36,531 nt of DNA from a virus (Duplodnaviria; Caudoviricetes), in the IMG/VR virus record IMGVR_UViG_3300011335_000561, positions 1 through 36,531 of that record, one strand, 5' to 3'. Both the position numbers and the translations under genes were made by a program. This document shows, in pieces, positions 8,517 to 19,533 of the stretch. The notes beneath the pieces were generated by a model. That model worked only from the letters and a program-made list of their open reading frames with translations. It did no database searches and was not told the origin of the DNA. The first letter of the stretch is position 1. Each line of letters opens with the position of its first letter.

Positions 8517-9785
8517 TTATCTTTTAAAAATATTTTGAGGTTTACTTATTTTTTTAGGTCTATCTTGTTCTTCTTCTTGATAAGTGGATATATTCTTACG
8601 AGACTGTTCAGTTTTTAATTGTCTAACTGTTTGTTCTACAGCTTGAGTTTTACCTTGTTTCATAAGATTACCACGATATTCATCAGGGTTAGATAGTAAC
8701 CAAAGAGCTTCTGCTATTAAAGGATAGTTAGGTTCTACAAATTGATATCTCTCTAAAAGATGTCCTAATAAGTTAGTAGGTTTACCTGATATAGAAGCAT
8801 ATTGTGGTTGAACCAATCCTGTATATAATTGAGCTTGAATTTTCTTATCTAATTTAAGACCATTAATTTCTGCTGGTCTTAAAGCTTCAAATACATTCTT
8901 CTGATATGCATCAGCAGCATTTTGTTGTTGTTGTCTTCTGTACTCCTGTTCTTGAAGTTGAGCTTGAACAATTTGTTCCTGCATCTGATCCAACTTAGGT
9001 TTAAACTGTTTAGCTTTCTTTTCTAATGTTCCTAAATCTTTCCAAGTTGTTAGCTCTTCATCAATTTCTTCAGCTGTACCAAAATTAGTAGCTTGTAAAT
9101 ATTGACGTACAATGTGTTCTTGGTCATTATCATCAGTTGGATCCATTTCTCTTACAGCTTCCACTTGAGCTAAAGCTTGAAACAATCCTTTTAAATCTTG
9201 TCCTCCATCAGCTACATATTTAGCAGCATATTGAAGTTCTTCTGGAAGAGACTGAAAAAACTCTTGTGGAGTAGAAGAAGCCACTTCATCTTTTATATTA
9301 TTGACATTAGCTTGCCAAAGTTCTTCTACATCCTTTTCTCCCAGTCCACCAAGATAGTCATCAAGAGATTGTTTAGTTTCATCATAATCATCAAAAGCAA
9401 ACATCTCATTGTTTTCTATCCTTTTCTTTAAGAATTCAACTAATCCAGATTTTTCTGTTTTAGGTCTTCCTTTTTTAGGAGAGTCATCTATTTCAGTAGG
9501 ATCAGTTTCATCTAAGATTTCATTTAGTACAGCTTTGATATCTTCATTACCTTCTACATTATTTGTTGTAGAATTAAATGTTTTACCAGTGTCTTTTTTA
9601 GAATCATCCTCATCTAAAAAATCTAGATTAACTTGTTTTTTACTAAAGATGTTGGGTTTAATTTCTGTAGGTTCTCCACTTGGAGTAACTATGTTACTAG
9701 CTGCTGGAGCCCCGTCAAATAAACTATCAATATCTAAATCTACTTGTTGTACATTTGTCTGTACATTTCCTTGATTAAATTCCAT
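8517..9785 (-). CDS. Acidic scaffold-like protein (crAss gene 77-like)
   Basis: Acidic disordered N-terminus, coiled-coil C-half, between portal and capsid genes. Confidence 0.7.
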   Translation of the reverse strand: MEFNQGNVQTNVQQVDLDIDSLFDGAPAASNIVTPSGEPTEIKPNIFSKKQVNLDFLDEDDSKKDTGKTFNSTTNNVEGNEDIKAVLNEILDETDPTEIDDSPKKGRPKTEKSGLVEFLKKRIENNEMFAFDDYDETKQSLDDYLGGLGEKDVEELWQANVNNIKDEVASSTPQEFFQSLPEELQYAAKYVADGGQDLKGLFQALAQVEAVREMDPTDDNDQEHIVRQYLQATNFGTAEEIDEELTTWKDLGTLEKKAKQFKPKLDQMQEQIVQAQLQEQEYRRQQQQNAADAYQKNVFEALRPAEINGLKLDKKIQAQLYTGLVQPQYASISGKPTNLLGHLLERYQFVEPNYPLIAEALWLLSNPDEYRGNLMKQGKTQAVEQTVRQLKTEQSRKNISTYQEEEQDRPKKISKPQNIFKR

Positions 9786-9878
9786 TTTTCTGTTGGTTTT
9801 TTATGTGTATCTCTACATTAATAATATAATACTTTAAACTATATAAATTTACATTTACTTATTTTTAAATAACTAAGG

Positions 9879-9898
9879 TATGGATTATAGAGCTATAA
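9879..9898 (-). promoter_or_regulatory. 20-bp regulatory motif, copy 1 (TTATAGCTCTATAATCCATA)
   Basis: Identical to 33142-33161 in opposite orientation; contains palindrome TTATAG-CT-CTATAA. Confidence 0.6.
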
Positions 9899-12652
9899 TT
9901 ATTTTTCTTTCTTTTTAGCAGGTTGTTTAAAGTCATATTTGTTTTTATTTTCTCTAGCCACCTGAAGTTGTTTATCAGCTATCTGTTGTTGAGCTTGAAG
10001 TTTCTCTCTTTCTATATTGTGTTTTTCTTGAGTTTGAGGAGTTCTATTAATTTCCTTCTCACGTTCAAAGTTCATTGTTTCCTGATAGTTTTGTTGATCC
10101 TGAATTTTAGCCATAGCATCTATATAATCAGACTGTTCATTTTTATTAATATCAACCATAGCTCCCATACCAGAAGCTCTAATCTGAGCCTCAAGGATTC
10201 TAGCTTTTCTATCTTTCTCAGATTCATCAGCTTTAAATTGATTAGAAGCTTGTAATGCAGCTTGTTCAGCTTGGATTTGTTTATCCTGCATTTCTTGTTG
10301 ATGTTGTTGTTCCTGTTGTTTCTGAGAATTAACTTTTTCTTCAGCAGATTTAAGAACACCTGTAAGTTCAGCAATGGATTCTGATTTAATAACATTACCC
10401 AAATCATATATAGAAGCTCCTGTAGCATTATTATTAAGAGCTAGTTGTTTAAGCTGCTCCATTATAGCACGGGAATTAGTTTTAGTTGTACAGAATATAT
10501 TTAAATCTCTAAGAAGTAAATCTGTTCCATTCATTTGGAAATTAATCTTCTCATCAGCTCCAGTGATGTATTGTAAACGTAAGCTAGGTTTTTTAGAATT
10601 ATAATACTGAGCTAAGTCAGTTCTCATCTGATGCACTCTAGGCATTAAGTTATCACTATGTTGAATAAAGTATTGTTCTGTCTGAGCATAAGAAGCATTA
10701 GCTGCTTGTTCCACTCCTGTAGCAGTTTGTTGTTGAGCAATCTGCATACCCATTCTTTGTTGATTCAATCCAATCACTTCAAAAGCCTGTGTTTTAAAAT
10801 ATGTAGCTAATTGTATCCTAGATAGTAAACGTTGAGTTTGTTCTAAGTTTAATACTTGATAGTGTTGGAAGTTTAATGCATTTTCTGTATTAGTGATGCT
10901 AGTGTCTAAAGGAAGCATTTGAAAGTTCTTCATAGCTACATAAGCTTTAGCTAGATTGTTCTTACCCCAGTCTTCTCCCAATGAGTGACGTGGTAGGGCA
11001 TTCTGATCTAACATAATCACTGTACCAAGTTCATCCACTAGAATATCTGCTATCTGATTGTTTACAATATTATATCCAATCTGAAATGGTTTCATTAAAT
11101 CTACAAGAGACACTGAACGGGTATTTCTATCTCCAAATACAGATCCTTCTACTGGAAGTTTACATCAATAAACTGTAGCATCCCCTTTAAACTGAAAAGG
11201 AACACGTCCAGGTCTACCACCATTAAGTCCTAAATATATAGGGTTTATACCTCCAGGGTTATTCATACCCCAAAAAGCAGGTCTGTTAGGTCCAATTTTT
11301 ACACCACCCCAAACTTCATTAATCCATATCCAATCTATATGTTCTCCAAACACTAAATTATCTTTAGTTTTTTGTTTCCATATAGAAGTGTCATATTGTG
11401 GTTTATCTGTAACTTTATATTCTTCTGATATAATCTCTTGTATAATATCTCCTTCAGTTGTTATTTTAGTAAGGTGTCCAACTTTTCTTTGACTCTTCCA
11501 ATAGATAGTTGACACTCTAAGCATATAACTTTTACCAAAATCTTGTAAGTCTTCTGAGTCTGATAAAATCCATTGTACAATATCTCCAAATTGACTTCCA
11601 GCATCATATAAAGACGTAAACTGTCTATACCCCAAACTAGGCATTTGTGTATTCCATTCATGAGTTCTTTTTGGGTCATAGTAACTTCCATCATTTTGCA
11701 TTCCTTGTATAGCATACCCAGCTGAACGTGCAGGGTATATAGCTTCTAAAGCTTCTAATTGTTGATCATTCATCATCCATCCATACTTATCTACAACATC
11801 TGATATAGACATCATATCTAATTTACCCACCCAGTTACCTTGAGATACGTAACGTACATCAGGGCTTTTGTGATAGAAAGTAAGTAGAGGATTCCATAGT
11901 TCCACCTCATAATCATCCTCCATCATATTAAAATGCCAAAATTCTCTATCTGTAATAAGACTATCTCTAAAAGCTCTTTCTTCTAATTCTTGCATTCTAA
12001 ACCTTTCTTCATCAACTTTCATTTGATGATCAGCCCATTCTTCAATCATTGATCTATAATCTTTCTTAAAGAATTGTTCTATTTCAGGAAGGCTTTTAAG
12101 TTTTTCAGGATTTAATTGTTGTTGAGCTTCTTCACTAGATGGATCCAATCCCATTTCCATTATAGTAGCCATTTGTTTTTGTTGAGCCTGTTGTAACAAC
12201 ACTTGTTCAATCATTCCTCTTTTCTCTTCTAACATCTCATTGTATGACATGTCATCAACAGCTCTAAACATTATTCTTGAACTTCTTTTAGAAAATTCAT
12301 TTGTAAGAACATTAATTACATTAGGAATAATAGGATAGAATTTTAGCTCAAATGCTGACACATCTTCTTTAGTGAGAGTATCAATAAGATCAGCCATCTC
12401 ATTATCTTCTTCTACAATATAATCTTGTTTATCAATAATACCTTTAGCTAATTTATAGTTCTTCATCAAACGTCTAGCATTACGTCTAAGTTGTTTCATT
12501 CCCTGAAACTCTAACCAGTCAAGATTCCATGCTCTCCATTGATCATCCTTTTCTTTTTCTGGTACAAACTGAAACGGTTGTATAAGAGTACCCATCTTAT
12601 TGTACTCCACTTTAGCACCCTTTTTCAGTTGTAAAGCATTATATATTTGCAT
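9899..12652 (-). CDS. Portal protein (917 codons) interrupted by one in-frame TGA at 11165-11167
   Basis: ORFs 11165-12652 and 9899-11113 are in frame, joined by 17 sense codons (TVY*CKLPVEGSVFGDRNTRSVSLVD); YPIIPNVIN, WINEVWGG and LVDLMKPFQ motifs; follows terminase. Confidence 0.85.
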
Positions 12653-12657
12653 GATTA

Positions 12658-12759
12658 TTAATTAGTTATAATGTAAAATATTTCTGTAATAGAAGATGTA
12701 GTATTTGAATATACAAATTCCCCAGCATATACATCTGAAAGTGTCATAGTGTATTCCAT
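12658..12759 (-). CDS. Small hypothetical protein (33 aa)
   Basis: MEYTMTLSDVYAGEFVYSNTTSSITEIFYIITN* fills the terminase-portal gap. Confidence 0.4.
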   Translation of the reverse strand: MEYTMTLSDVYAGEFVYSNTTSSITEIFYIITN

Positions 12760-12760
12760 A

Positions 12761-14983
12761 TTATCTTATGTTTTTAAATGCATTTCTGGAAGGTCTCATC
12801 ATTGATGACCCTGCTCTACCAGCTCCAATATGTTTAAAGGGGCTATAGTTTAATTTACTAAATTTTTGTGAGTTATCCAAATGTATATTTGTAACCTCTG
12901 TACGTTTAGACATTCCTCTGTTAGATTGTTGTACTTTAGCAAAAGCTACAAGAGAACAAAATGCTACAAGTCTATCCACATTCAGTCCATCTTGATACAT
13001 CTGCATTTCTTTTAATAACATAGGATCAGGGATTCTTTCCACTCCATATATTATTTTTATTATGTTTCCATTTACATCTGTTTCATGATCTAGCTCTTCT
13101 TGTAGATATTCTATGCCATATGAAAGAATGTTCCCTTTAAACAAAGTTCCAACGTTTTTCCAACCATATTCTTGGAATACATTTCTGTTAGCTCCAATAT
13201 CTTTTAAAAATAACACCATGTCTTTTGGTACCAAATATCTTTGCTTTCTTTGAGAAATCATATATTGTATAAACAAAGCCACGTTGTTCTCTACAAGAGT
13301 CCAAGCATTATACCATTCTATAAGTATTTCTAAACGTTCATGAGTTTTTTTAATATCATCAAATCTACCACACCAACTAGCTACAATTCCATCTCTTTCT
13401 ATATGACTTTTTACATCTCCATTACCCCCATCCTTTATAACCTCTACAGGATTTTTGTATACATATATAGAACAAAGAGAATCTGATGTTGTTGTTTTAC
13501 CCTCTCCCACTGGATCCACACTAGCATAATACATACCAAATGTTGGATTTTTACATGGACGTTCATATATACATAACACCCCTTCTTTATCTTCAGATTT
13601 TTTATTTATAGGAAACTCCATAATAGGAGCTTTTCTAGATGGTTTATCTACAATTTTACCTTCATCATTTCTTGTAAGTTCCAGATACTCAACACTATAG
13701 GTCTTTTCTTCTATACGTTGCATTTGTTTAGAAACCAAATGAGGAGGAAATATAGATTCTTTTCTAGTAGCAAAAGCTTCTTCTATTGATGTAGGTTTTT
13801 GAGATATACGTAGCTGATATTGATCAGGAGGTAAATCTTTATACCATTGTTTACGTTCTTCAAATATAGCTTCCAAAGCTTCTTTAACTAATGAGTTACC
13901 AGCTTCATCTATATAAGGAGGCATACTCCATTGTTCAGGAATAAATAATCCTGTTTCTCCAATAGTCCCTTTCTTATCTATAAGATTGGTTTTAACAGCA
14001 AACATTCCATATTTATGAGGATATAATATCATATCCTTTAGAGGTTGGCATTGTTCAAGATCACCCACTGAACCAGCTGCTATAAATGTACCAGTGGTCA
14101 CCATACCACTCTGCATAGCTGGTCTCATAAACTCATAAGTGTCCATCATCTTAGGAGCAATACCTGCTTCCTCATGAAAGAAATAAGTTACAGGACCACC
14201 CACACCATTTGTAGGATCTTTCTCAAAAGAAGTACCTGTAATGATAGATTTATTTCCTTTATAAGTGTCACGGTTGTTTATTCTAACTTTAATACGTTGT
14301 TGCCAAGAGAATATCTTATCAGGTTCAGAAGGTCTATACCAGGCTGTATGTTCATTAAGAAAGTTTCTATATTCATTTAACATTCTCCAAGACCCTTTCT
14401 CAGAGATGTAATCTTTAAGGCTGGCACCTATTTTATTTACAGATCCTTCTTCAAACCAATACTGGTTTATTAACTTAGCCATATGGAAATATGAACTAGC
14501 TATCTGACGTTTCTTTAATATAGGAAGATGTTTATAGCATAGCTCTCCTAGACATTCATATAGAGCCATATGATACTGGGTATCCCTAATATCAGCAAAC
14601 CCAAACTTTTTTATTTCTTTATTATAAATAGGTAAGAAGTTTATCCACATATAGTAATCTCTAGTAAGATACCATGTTAATCCATTTTCTATAAATATCA
14701 CTCCCCATCTACATTTAGCTTTTTGGTCATTCCAATAATCCATAAAGTCTTTACTCTTTAAAGGAGCTTGACAATAGAATCCATAAGATTGAAATCTTCT
14801 AGCCTCATTATTAAAATGTTTAGAAATGTTTACAGTGAAATTATACCCCTCATCAGGACCAGCATCTTTAAATACTGAACGTACAAAATCTCTTAGATCT
14901 TCTCTAGTTTGAAATGTTGTACTTCCCCATTTACCATCTGTCCATGTAGGAACTTCAGCATATACTTTGTTTATACTAATCAT
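12761..14983 (-). CDS. terL: Terminase large subunit
   Basis: LKKRQIASS (Walker A variant), FFHEEAG (Walker B), AAGSVG coupling motif, ASVDP..DS nuclease, NVDRL. Confidence 0.92.
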   Translation of the reverse strand: MISINKVYAEVPTWTDGKWGSTTFQTREDLRDFVRSVFKDAGPDEGYNFTVNISKHFNNEARRFQSYGFYCQAPLKSKDFMDYWNDQKAKCRWGVIFIENGLTWYLTRDYYMWINFLPIYNKEIKKFGFADIRDTQYHMALYECLGELCYKHLPILKKRQIASSYFHMAKLINQYWFEEGSVNKIGASLKDYISEKGSWRMLNEYRNFLNEHTAWYRPSEPDKIFSWQQRIKVRINNRDTYKGNKSIITGTSFEKDPTNGVGGPVTYFFHEEAGIAPKMMDTYEFMRPAMQSGMVTTGTFIAAGSVGDLEQCQPLKDMILYPHKYGMFAVKTNLIDKKGTIGETGLFIPEQWSMPPYIDEAGNSLVKEALEAIFEERKQWYKDLPPDQYQLRISQKPTSIEEAFATRKESIFPPHLVSKQMQRIEEKTYSVEYLELTRNDEGKIVDKPSRKAPIMEFPINKKSEDKEGVLCIYERPCKNPTFGMYYASVDPVGEGKTTTSDSLCSIYVYKNPVEVIKDGGNGDVKSHIERDGIVASWCGRFDDIKKTHERLEILIEWYNAWTLVENNVALFIQYMISQRKQRYLVPKDMVLFLKDIGANRNVFQEYGWKNVGTLFKGNILSYGIEYLQEELDHETDVNGNIIKIIYGVERIPDPMLLKEMQMYQDGLNVDRLVAFCSLVAFAKVQQSNRGMSKRTEVTNIHLDNSQKFSKLNYSPFKHIGAGRAGSSMMRPSRNAFKNIR

Positions 14984-15191
14984 TAAGTAATTTTTCTATA
15001 AGATTTTTATCCCCTTTAATTTTGTGTAATAACTCTAATAAAGTATCCAATTCTTTACTCCTTAATATTTCAGGACTAGAAAAATCATTCCAATATTCAT
15101 TATATGTTTCACGTGGAATAGCTGCCCATTGATTTCTTAAAGAACTATAATGGAATACCCAATCATTTAAATAGTTTAAATTATTTTCCAT
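14976..15191 (-). CDS. Hypothetical protein
   Basis: 71 aa, coupled to both neighbours. Confidence 0.7.
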   Translation of the reverse strand: MENNLNYLNDWVFHYSSLRNQWAAIPRETYNEYWNDFSSPEILRSKELDTLLELLHKIKGDKNLIEKLLND

Positions 15192-15630
15192 ATTTAATTT
15201 TTTTATGTGGAAGTTTTAAAAGATCTTCTGTAAGTACAAGACTAATTATATCTTGTCTTCCTTCTCGGTTATATAATTTGTATAGTTCTTTTTTTCTTTT
15301 TGGTTTCTTGTCTACAATTACTTTTCTACACCAATCAAGAAGTAGTCCTCTATCTATAAGTATAAATTCATTGGGTATTTGAAAAGCTATATAATCTGCT
15401 TTACCATATATCCAACCTTTATTTCCTCTAACATTTTGAAACTCTATCCAATGAATATCAGGACTAAATGAATCATCATACCTATTAAACTTTTTTATTC
15501 CTTTTACATCCACTGTGTATTCAGGTGTTATAATATCTATATGATCATACATATCAGACTCATCAGTTGACCAATCACAACCTTCTACCAAACTATAAAA
15601 TAATTTTTCTGATTCAGTTCTTGTTCTCAT
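15181..15630 (-). CDS. PD-(D/E)xK nuclease-like protein
   Basis: DMYDHID..VDVK..WIEF..GNKGWIYG.ADYIAF. Confidence 0.75.
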   Translation of the reverse strand: MRTRTESEKLFYSLVEGCDWSTDESDMYDHIDIITPEYTVDVKGIKKFNRYDDSFSPDIHWIEFQNVRGNKGWIYGKADYIAFQIPNEFILIDRGLLLDWCRKVIVDKKPKRKKELYKLYNREGRQDIISLVLTEDLLKLPHKKIKYGK

Positions 15631-15632
15631 AA

Positions 15633-16145
15633 TTATTGATCATAAGCTAAATTCTGTCCACCACGTACAGAAGATTGTTGTTCTTCCATAAGGTCTCTAA
15701 ACACTCCTTTAAATGATTGTCTCACTTGGTCATACTTCTCAGCCATTCTAAGAAGAGCTGGGCTTGATCCATCTCTACCAAATGTTAAAGTTTCTGTAGC
15801 CATACTTTTAGCCATATTATCTAAGAATATTTTAATTCCTTGATATGCTCTATATGTAGGAGTTTCATACATCTTCTTACACATATTAATAGCATGGGTT
15901 ATTTTATCATCATCTAAACTAAAGTCAGCATCTATTTCTCTTAATATCAAAGACTCCTTATCTTCTTCAGGTATATCAAAGAAAGGATTCATATCTGGAT
16001 TGGGACAAGTCATATAAAAAATATACGTATATATCTGTAAATATTCGTCTGGATACGTATCCATTATATCTTTAAGAAACTTTAATGTGTAACAATGTTC
16101 ACTAGGAATCACTTTACCATTTGATATATCTAATAGTCTTATCAT
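15633..16145 (-). CDS. Conserved crAss-like protein upstream of terL (possible small terminase)
   Basis: Helical, ends VRGGQNLAYDQ; position. Confidence 0.5.
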   Translation of the reverse strand: MIRLLDISNGKVIPSEHCYTLKFLKDIMDTYPDEYLQIYTYIFYMTCPNPDMNPFFDIPEEDKESLILREIDADFSLDDDKITHAINMCKKMYETPTYRAYQGIKIFLDNMAKSMATETLTFGRDGSSPALLRMAEKYDQVRQSFKGVFRDLMEEQQSSVRGGQNLAYDQ

Positions 16146-16149
16146 AATT

Positions 16150-16344
16150 TTATTTTCTTTCTAATGAAATATTCTTACAGAACCTTAATTCTTTATTATT
16201 CAATGTCCATATCTCCCCATCATCCATAGCACAAGTAAACAATAAGTTATGTTCTTGACTATAATCTATAACTAAAAAAGCATACCCCTCCATATTATCT
16301 GATATTCTTTTTATAGGGAGCATTGGGTTTAATTGGAGTATCAT
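16150..16344 (-). CDS. Small hypothetical phage protein
   Basis: QLNP..G.A..VIDYSQEH.L..GEIW pattern. Confidence 0.7.
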   Translation of the reverse strand: MILQLNPMLPIKRISDNMEGYAFLVIDYSQEHNLLFTCAMDDGEIWTLNNKELRFCKNISLERK

Positions 16345-16579
16345 TGTTGTTTACTATTTGTGGTTGTCTCAATAAATCTTTACCTGAACTCTTACCCATT
16401 TTTCTAAGAAGAGAATGTCCCCTTAGTTCATGATCATGCACCCATGTAACAATTCCTTTATGTTTATGTAATTCTGTAAGATAACATTTATGAGCATTGT
16501 TCTCTGGTATAAGAAGTCCATCATCAAAACTATTAAGAAGGTCTTCTAATAATTGAATTTCATTATTCTCCATATTCAA
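16295..16579 (-). CDS. Hypothetical protein
   Basis: 94 aa in operon direction. Confidence 0.55.
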   Translation of the reverse strand: MNMENNEIQLLEDLLNSFDDGLLIPENNAHKCYLTELHKHKGIVTWVHDHELRGHSLLRKMGKSSGKDLLRQPQIVNNNDTPIKPNAPYKKNIR

Positions 16580-17213
16580 AATTTAAAATTTTTCCAACTA
16601 AATCACTTCTATGATTATGTTTAAGTTTAACCCATTCAATGCCGTCAATCTTTTTACTAAGTTCTATAGCATAAGACAACCCATTGAAAGGGTCTTTAAT
16701 ATCTTTTTGTTCATTATCTCCATTGATAATAATCTTACCATTTTTTCCAAGTCTAGTTAGAATAGCTAACATTTCAGCTTTAGAAAGATTTTGGGCTTCT
16801 TCTACAATAAGAACATCATCTATTGTTTTACCTCTAATAAACTGTACAGGAAGAGCATTCACTTTTTTACTAGATATTATTTCATCAATCCTCACCTTAT
16901 CATAACACTTAATTAAGTTCTCTTGAAAAGCTTCTAAATAAGGATCAAACTTTTCATTTAAACTTCCTGGAAGAAATCCTAATGAATGACCCACTTCTAC
17001 AGCAGCTCTAGTAACTAGTATTTGTTCATATTGTTTTTTAAATAAAAAGTCAAGGGCTGTTACAGCAGACACTAAACTTTTACCACATCCTGCTCTACCT
17101 GTAATGATAACTATTTGATTATCAATAATTAATCTTTTAGTTTCTTTCTGTTCTTCATTAAGTGATATTTTATATTTAATCTCACCCTTTAAAACTTTCT
17201 TTTCTTTTTCCAT
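16563..17213 (-). CDS. phoH: PhoH-family ATPase
   Basis: GRAGCGKS, LGFLPG..EKFDPY, FIRG.T, EEAQN, LTRLG, GD..Q.D, HRS.LV. Confidence 0.92.
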   Translation of the reverse strand: MEKEKKVLKGEIKYKISLNEEQKETKRLIIDNQIVIITGRAGCGKSLVSAVTALDFLFKKQYEQILVTRAAVEVGHSLGFLPGSLNEKFDPYLEAFQENLIKCYDKVRIDEIISSKKVNALPVQFIRGKTIDDVLIVEEAQNLSKAEMLAILTRLGKNGKIIINGDNEQKDIKDPFNGLSYAIELSKKIDGIEWVKLKHNHRSDLVGKILNFEYGE

Positions 17214-18043
17214 TAAGATTTAGCTTTTAGATTATGTTTATTATCTTCCAACCAATGTATAATATCAATAGTTTCTTTTTTTAAATAGGGTAGATCATAT
17301 TGCACTACTTCAGTGACAATAGGATTACCATCATTATCAAGAGCAGATATAGGGTTACCAAACCTATCCCGTCCTGCCTCTTCAAACAGGATGTGATGAA
17401 TTGTAATGGTACCAGCAGTAAGCTTAGGATTATGTTTAAGAATAATAAACATGTACATACTAAGCTGAATAGCATAATGATTGAGATTACAATCATCAAG
17501 ATGGTTGAGAGGAGAAGCCATCTTTTGAGAGACACCTTCCCAATTAGTAAAGCCTTCAAGTTTAATTTCTTTATTAGTTTTATAATCTGTTATGTGTACA
17601 ACACCATTAATCACTTCTACTAAGTCAGACTGACCACAAATACCAGCAGACTTTAAATACACCATATGTTCTGGATATACACCATTACCTATTTTCTGAA
17701 TGGGAGAATATTTAATTCCTTCTTTCTCTATAGGTTTAAAAATAGGAACAGTGGTTCCATATCTTTCCATGTTATCTAATCCACATATATCAGCTTCACG
17801 TTGGTTGTGATACCATGTACCTAAAGATGTAGCTCTATTAGCTTCAGACTTCCAGGCTTCTTTAATTTCTGTAGGAGTCATCCCATACCATTTACTCTTT
17901 TTACTTTTAGCAACTTTAGCAGCTATTTTTTCTGCATCAAAAGGTTGTTTAAAGTTTGATATTAAACTAGTTACACTTAACCAATTAGTATCATCCCCAC
18001 TTGTGTATTTGTGATTGTGTGCTGTAAATTGTAATATACTCAT
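17213..18043 (-). CDS. PD-(D/E)xK exonuclease (RecB/Cas4-like fold)
   Basis: SVT, GT..H, CGQSDL, ITDYKT, Y..QLS.Y. Confidence 0.85.
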   Translation of the reverse strand: MSILQFTAHNHKYTSGDDTNWLSVTSLISNFKQPFDAEKIAAKVAKSKKSKWYGMTPTEIKEAWKSEANRATSLGTWYHNQREADICGLDNMERYGTTVPIFKPIEKEGIKYSPIQKIGNGVYPEHMVYLKSAGICGQSDLVEVINGVVHITDYKTNKEIKLEGFTNWEGVSQKMASPLNHLDDCNLNHYAIQLSMYMFIILKHNPKLTAGTITIHHILFEEAGRDRFGNPISALDNDGNPIVTEVVQYDLPYLKKETIDIIHWLEDNKHNLKAKS

Positions 18044-18375
18044 AATGCTAATTTTAAATTTAATTGGTCCTCTTCTTCTTGAGATAGTTCAGCATGCCAA
18101 TAATTCTTAGGACAACCAGAACTAAGACTTCTAGTCTTAAATCCTAGTGAACAACCACATCCTCCTTTAAGGCTGTTACAACATGGAGCAGTTCCTGGTA
18201 CCATACATCCCTCTCCTGATTCATCATATAAATCAGAAGGACATAGTTTACAAATCCTCATTCTTTCTGCAGCTATTTCTTCTACATCCTCACGTTTAAA
18301 TACACTATTTGTAATACCCTCTATTATTTGTCCTTTGTTTTTCCAAATAGATATTATATTATTTTTTAATGACAT
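18040..18375 (-). CDS. Cys-rich Zn-binding protein
   Basis: R..ICKLC..CC..CGC..K......CP...W. Confidence 0.75.
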   Translation of the reverse strand: MSLKNNIISIWKNKGQIIEGITNSVFKREDVEEIAAERMRICKLCPSDLYDESGEGCMVPGTAPCCNSLKGGCGCSLGFKTRSLSSGCPKNYWHAELSQEEEDQLNLKLAL

Positions 18376-18763
18376 TGGTACGTCTTTTATGTAATTTAAT
18401 AAAATCTTTTCTTTGACCTTCTTCTTGGATAACTTCTTTAACAGCCTTTAAGTTTATTAAGTTTTCCACTATTTTAAATCTAGCTGTCATTTGCTGCAAC
18501 CCTTTTTGTTTATTAGATTCTTCCCATCTTTCTAATAATCTAATTTCCTCATCAATCTTCCAGTGCTTTACAATAAAATCTCCTAGATTAGAAATATGTA
18601 TTCTAGAATGTTTCATACTACTAAGAGACTTTCTCACTTCTTGCCAATAGTAGTTTATAACATCTTCTACAAGTTTCTCATGTATAGATAGTTCTTTAGC
18701 TACAAAAGGAATATAGTCTTTAGCTTTTTTAGGTCTCAGCAACGTATGCAAATTTAAAATCAA
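18359..18763 (-). CDS. HU/IHF-like DNA-binding protein (start probably TTG at 18741)
   Basis: VAKELS..LVEDVI..IHISNLGDF matches the HU/IHF helix-helix-strand pattern. Confidence 0.55.
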   Translation of the reverse strand: MILNLHTLLRPKKAKDYIPFVAKELSIHEKLVEDVINYYWQEVRKSLSSMKHSRIHISNLGDFIVKHWKIDEEIRLLERWEESNKQKGLQQMTARFKIVENLINLKAVKEVIQEEGQRKDFIKLHKRRTNVIKK

Positions 18764-19094
18764 GAAGAATGTTTCCTACAGAGCAAACCCTCATCTCTGG
18801 ATTAATAAATATTTTTTTCTTATTCTTTCCTTCTTTAACTATAAGATTTCTTTTTTCCACTTTTCTAAGAGAATTACGTACAGACTGTGTAGAAGAAAAT
18901 ATATTTTTAGAAAAAGCTTTTTGACAAAAACTAGAAAGTTCTTGATCTCCTTCTATAGCAAGATAGGTGAGACAATTTAAATCTGCCTCACTAACTGATA
19001 TTTTATTTATATAACAATGTGTAAGTATTTGGTACTGTACAATTTCCCATCTATTTAACTTTGCTTTTTTATTTATTTGATTAACAATAGCCAT
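18729..19094 (-). CDS. Winged-helix DNA-binding protein
   Basis: SEADL.CL..L..STQSVRNSLRK.EKRNLI.K. Confidence 0.6.
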   Translation of the reverse strand: MAIVNQINKKAKLNRWEIVQYQILTHCYINKISVSEADLNCLTYLAIEGDQELSSFCQKAFSKNIFSSTQSVRNSLRKVEKRNLIVKEGKNKKKIFINPEMRVCSVGNILLDFKFAYVAET

Positions 19095-19531
19095 TATAAT
19101 TCTAATTTAAAACTCATATAATCTTCTTTAGTGTTGTTCCAATCCTTATATAAAAAAATAGGAACAGCTCCAAAGTTTTCAAATATTTTCCAACTGGCTC
19201 CTTTACGGGCTTCCCCTGTTAAATATTTAAAGGATGAATTAGTCCCCCACTCTATAGCTAGTTTTACTAGGTCATGACCTATTCCTTTTCTCTGATGTGA
19301 AGGAAGAACAGTTATACTATCTATATGTAGCACGTTGGTTGATTGCCACGATAGTAGGATTTCTCCTATTAGTTCAGAGTTTTCTTTAAGCCATATACCC
19401 TGGAAATTTTTTTCCTCTTGTAACATATACAGTTTATATCCAGTGTCCCATCTAAGTTCTTTAGGATGTTCCTTTTCAAACTTAATGGTTTCATTATAGT
19501 CTTTGAGTTTATACAGGGGGGACATATTCAT
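19094..19531 (-). CDS. GNAT acetyltransferase
   Basis: LHIDSITVLPSHQRKGIG (motif A), FENFG (motif B). Confidence 0.88.
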   Translation of the reverse strand: MNMSPLYKLKDYNETIKFEKEHPKELRWDTGYKLYMLQEEKNFQGIWLKENSELIGEILLSWQSTNVLHIDSITVLPSHQRKGIGHDLVKLAIEWGTNSSFKYLTGEARKGASWKIFENFGAVPIFLYKDWNNTKEDYMSFKLEL

Positions 19532-19533
19532 TT

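Noticed and set aside
17213-18043. CRISPR-associated Cas4
   Set aside because: Stand-alone PD-(D/E)xK exonuclease without the four-Cys cluster pattern, array or other cas genes
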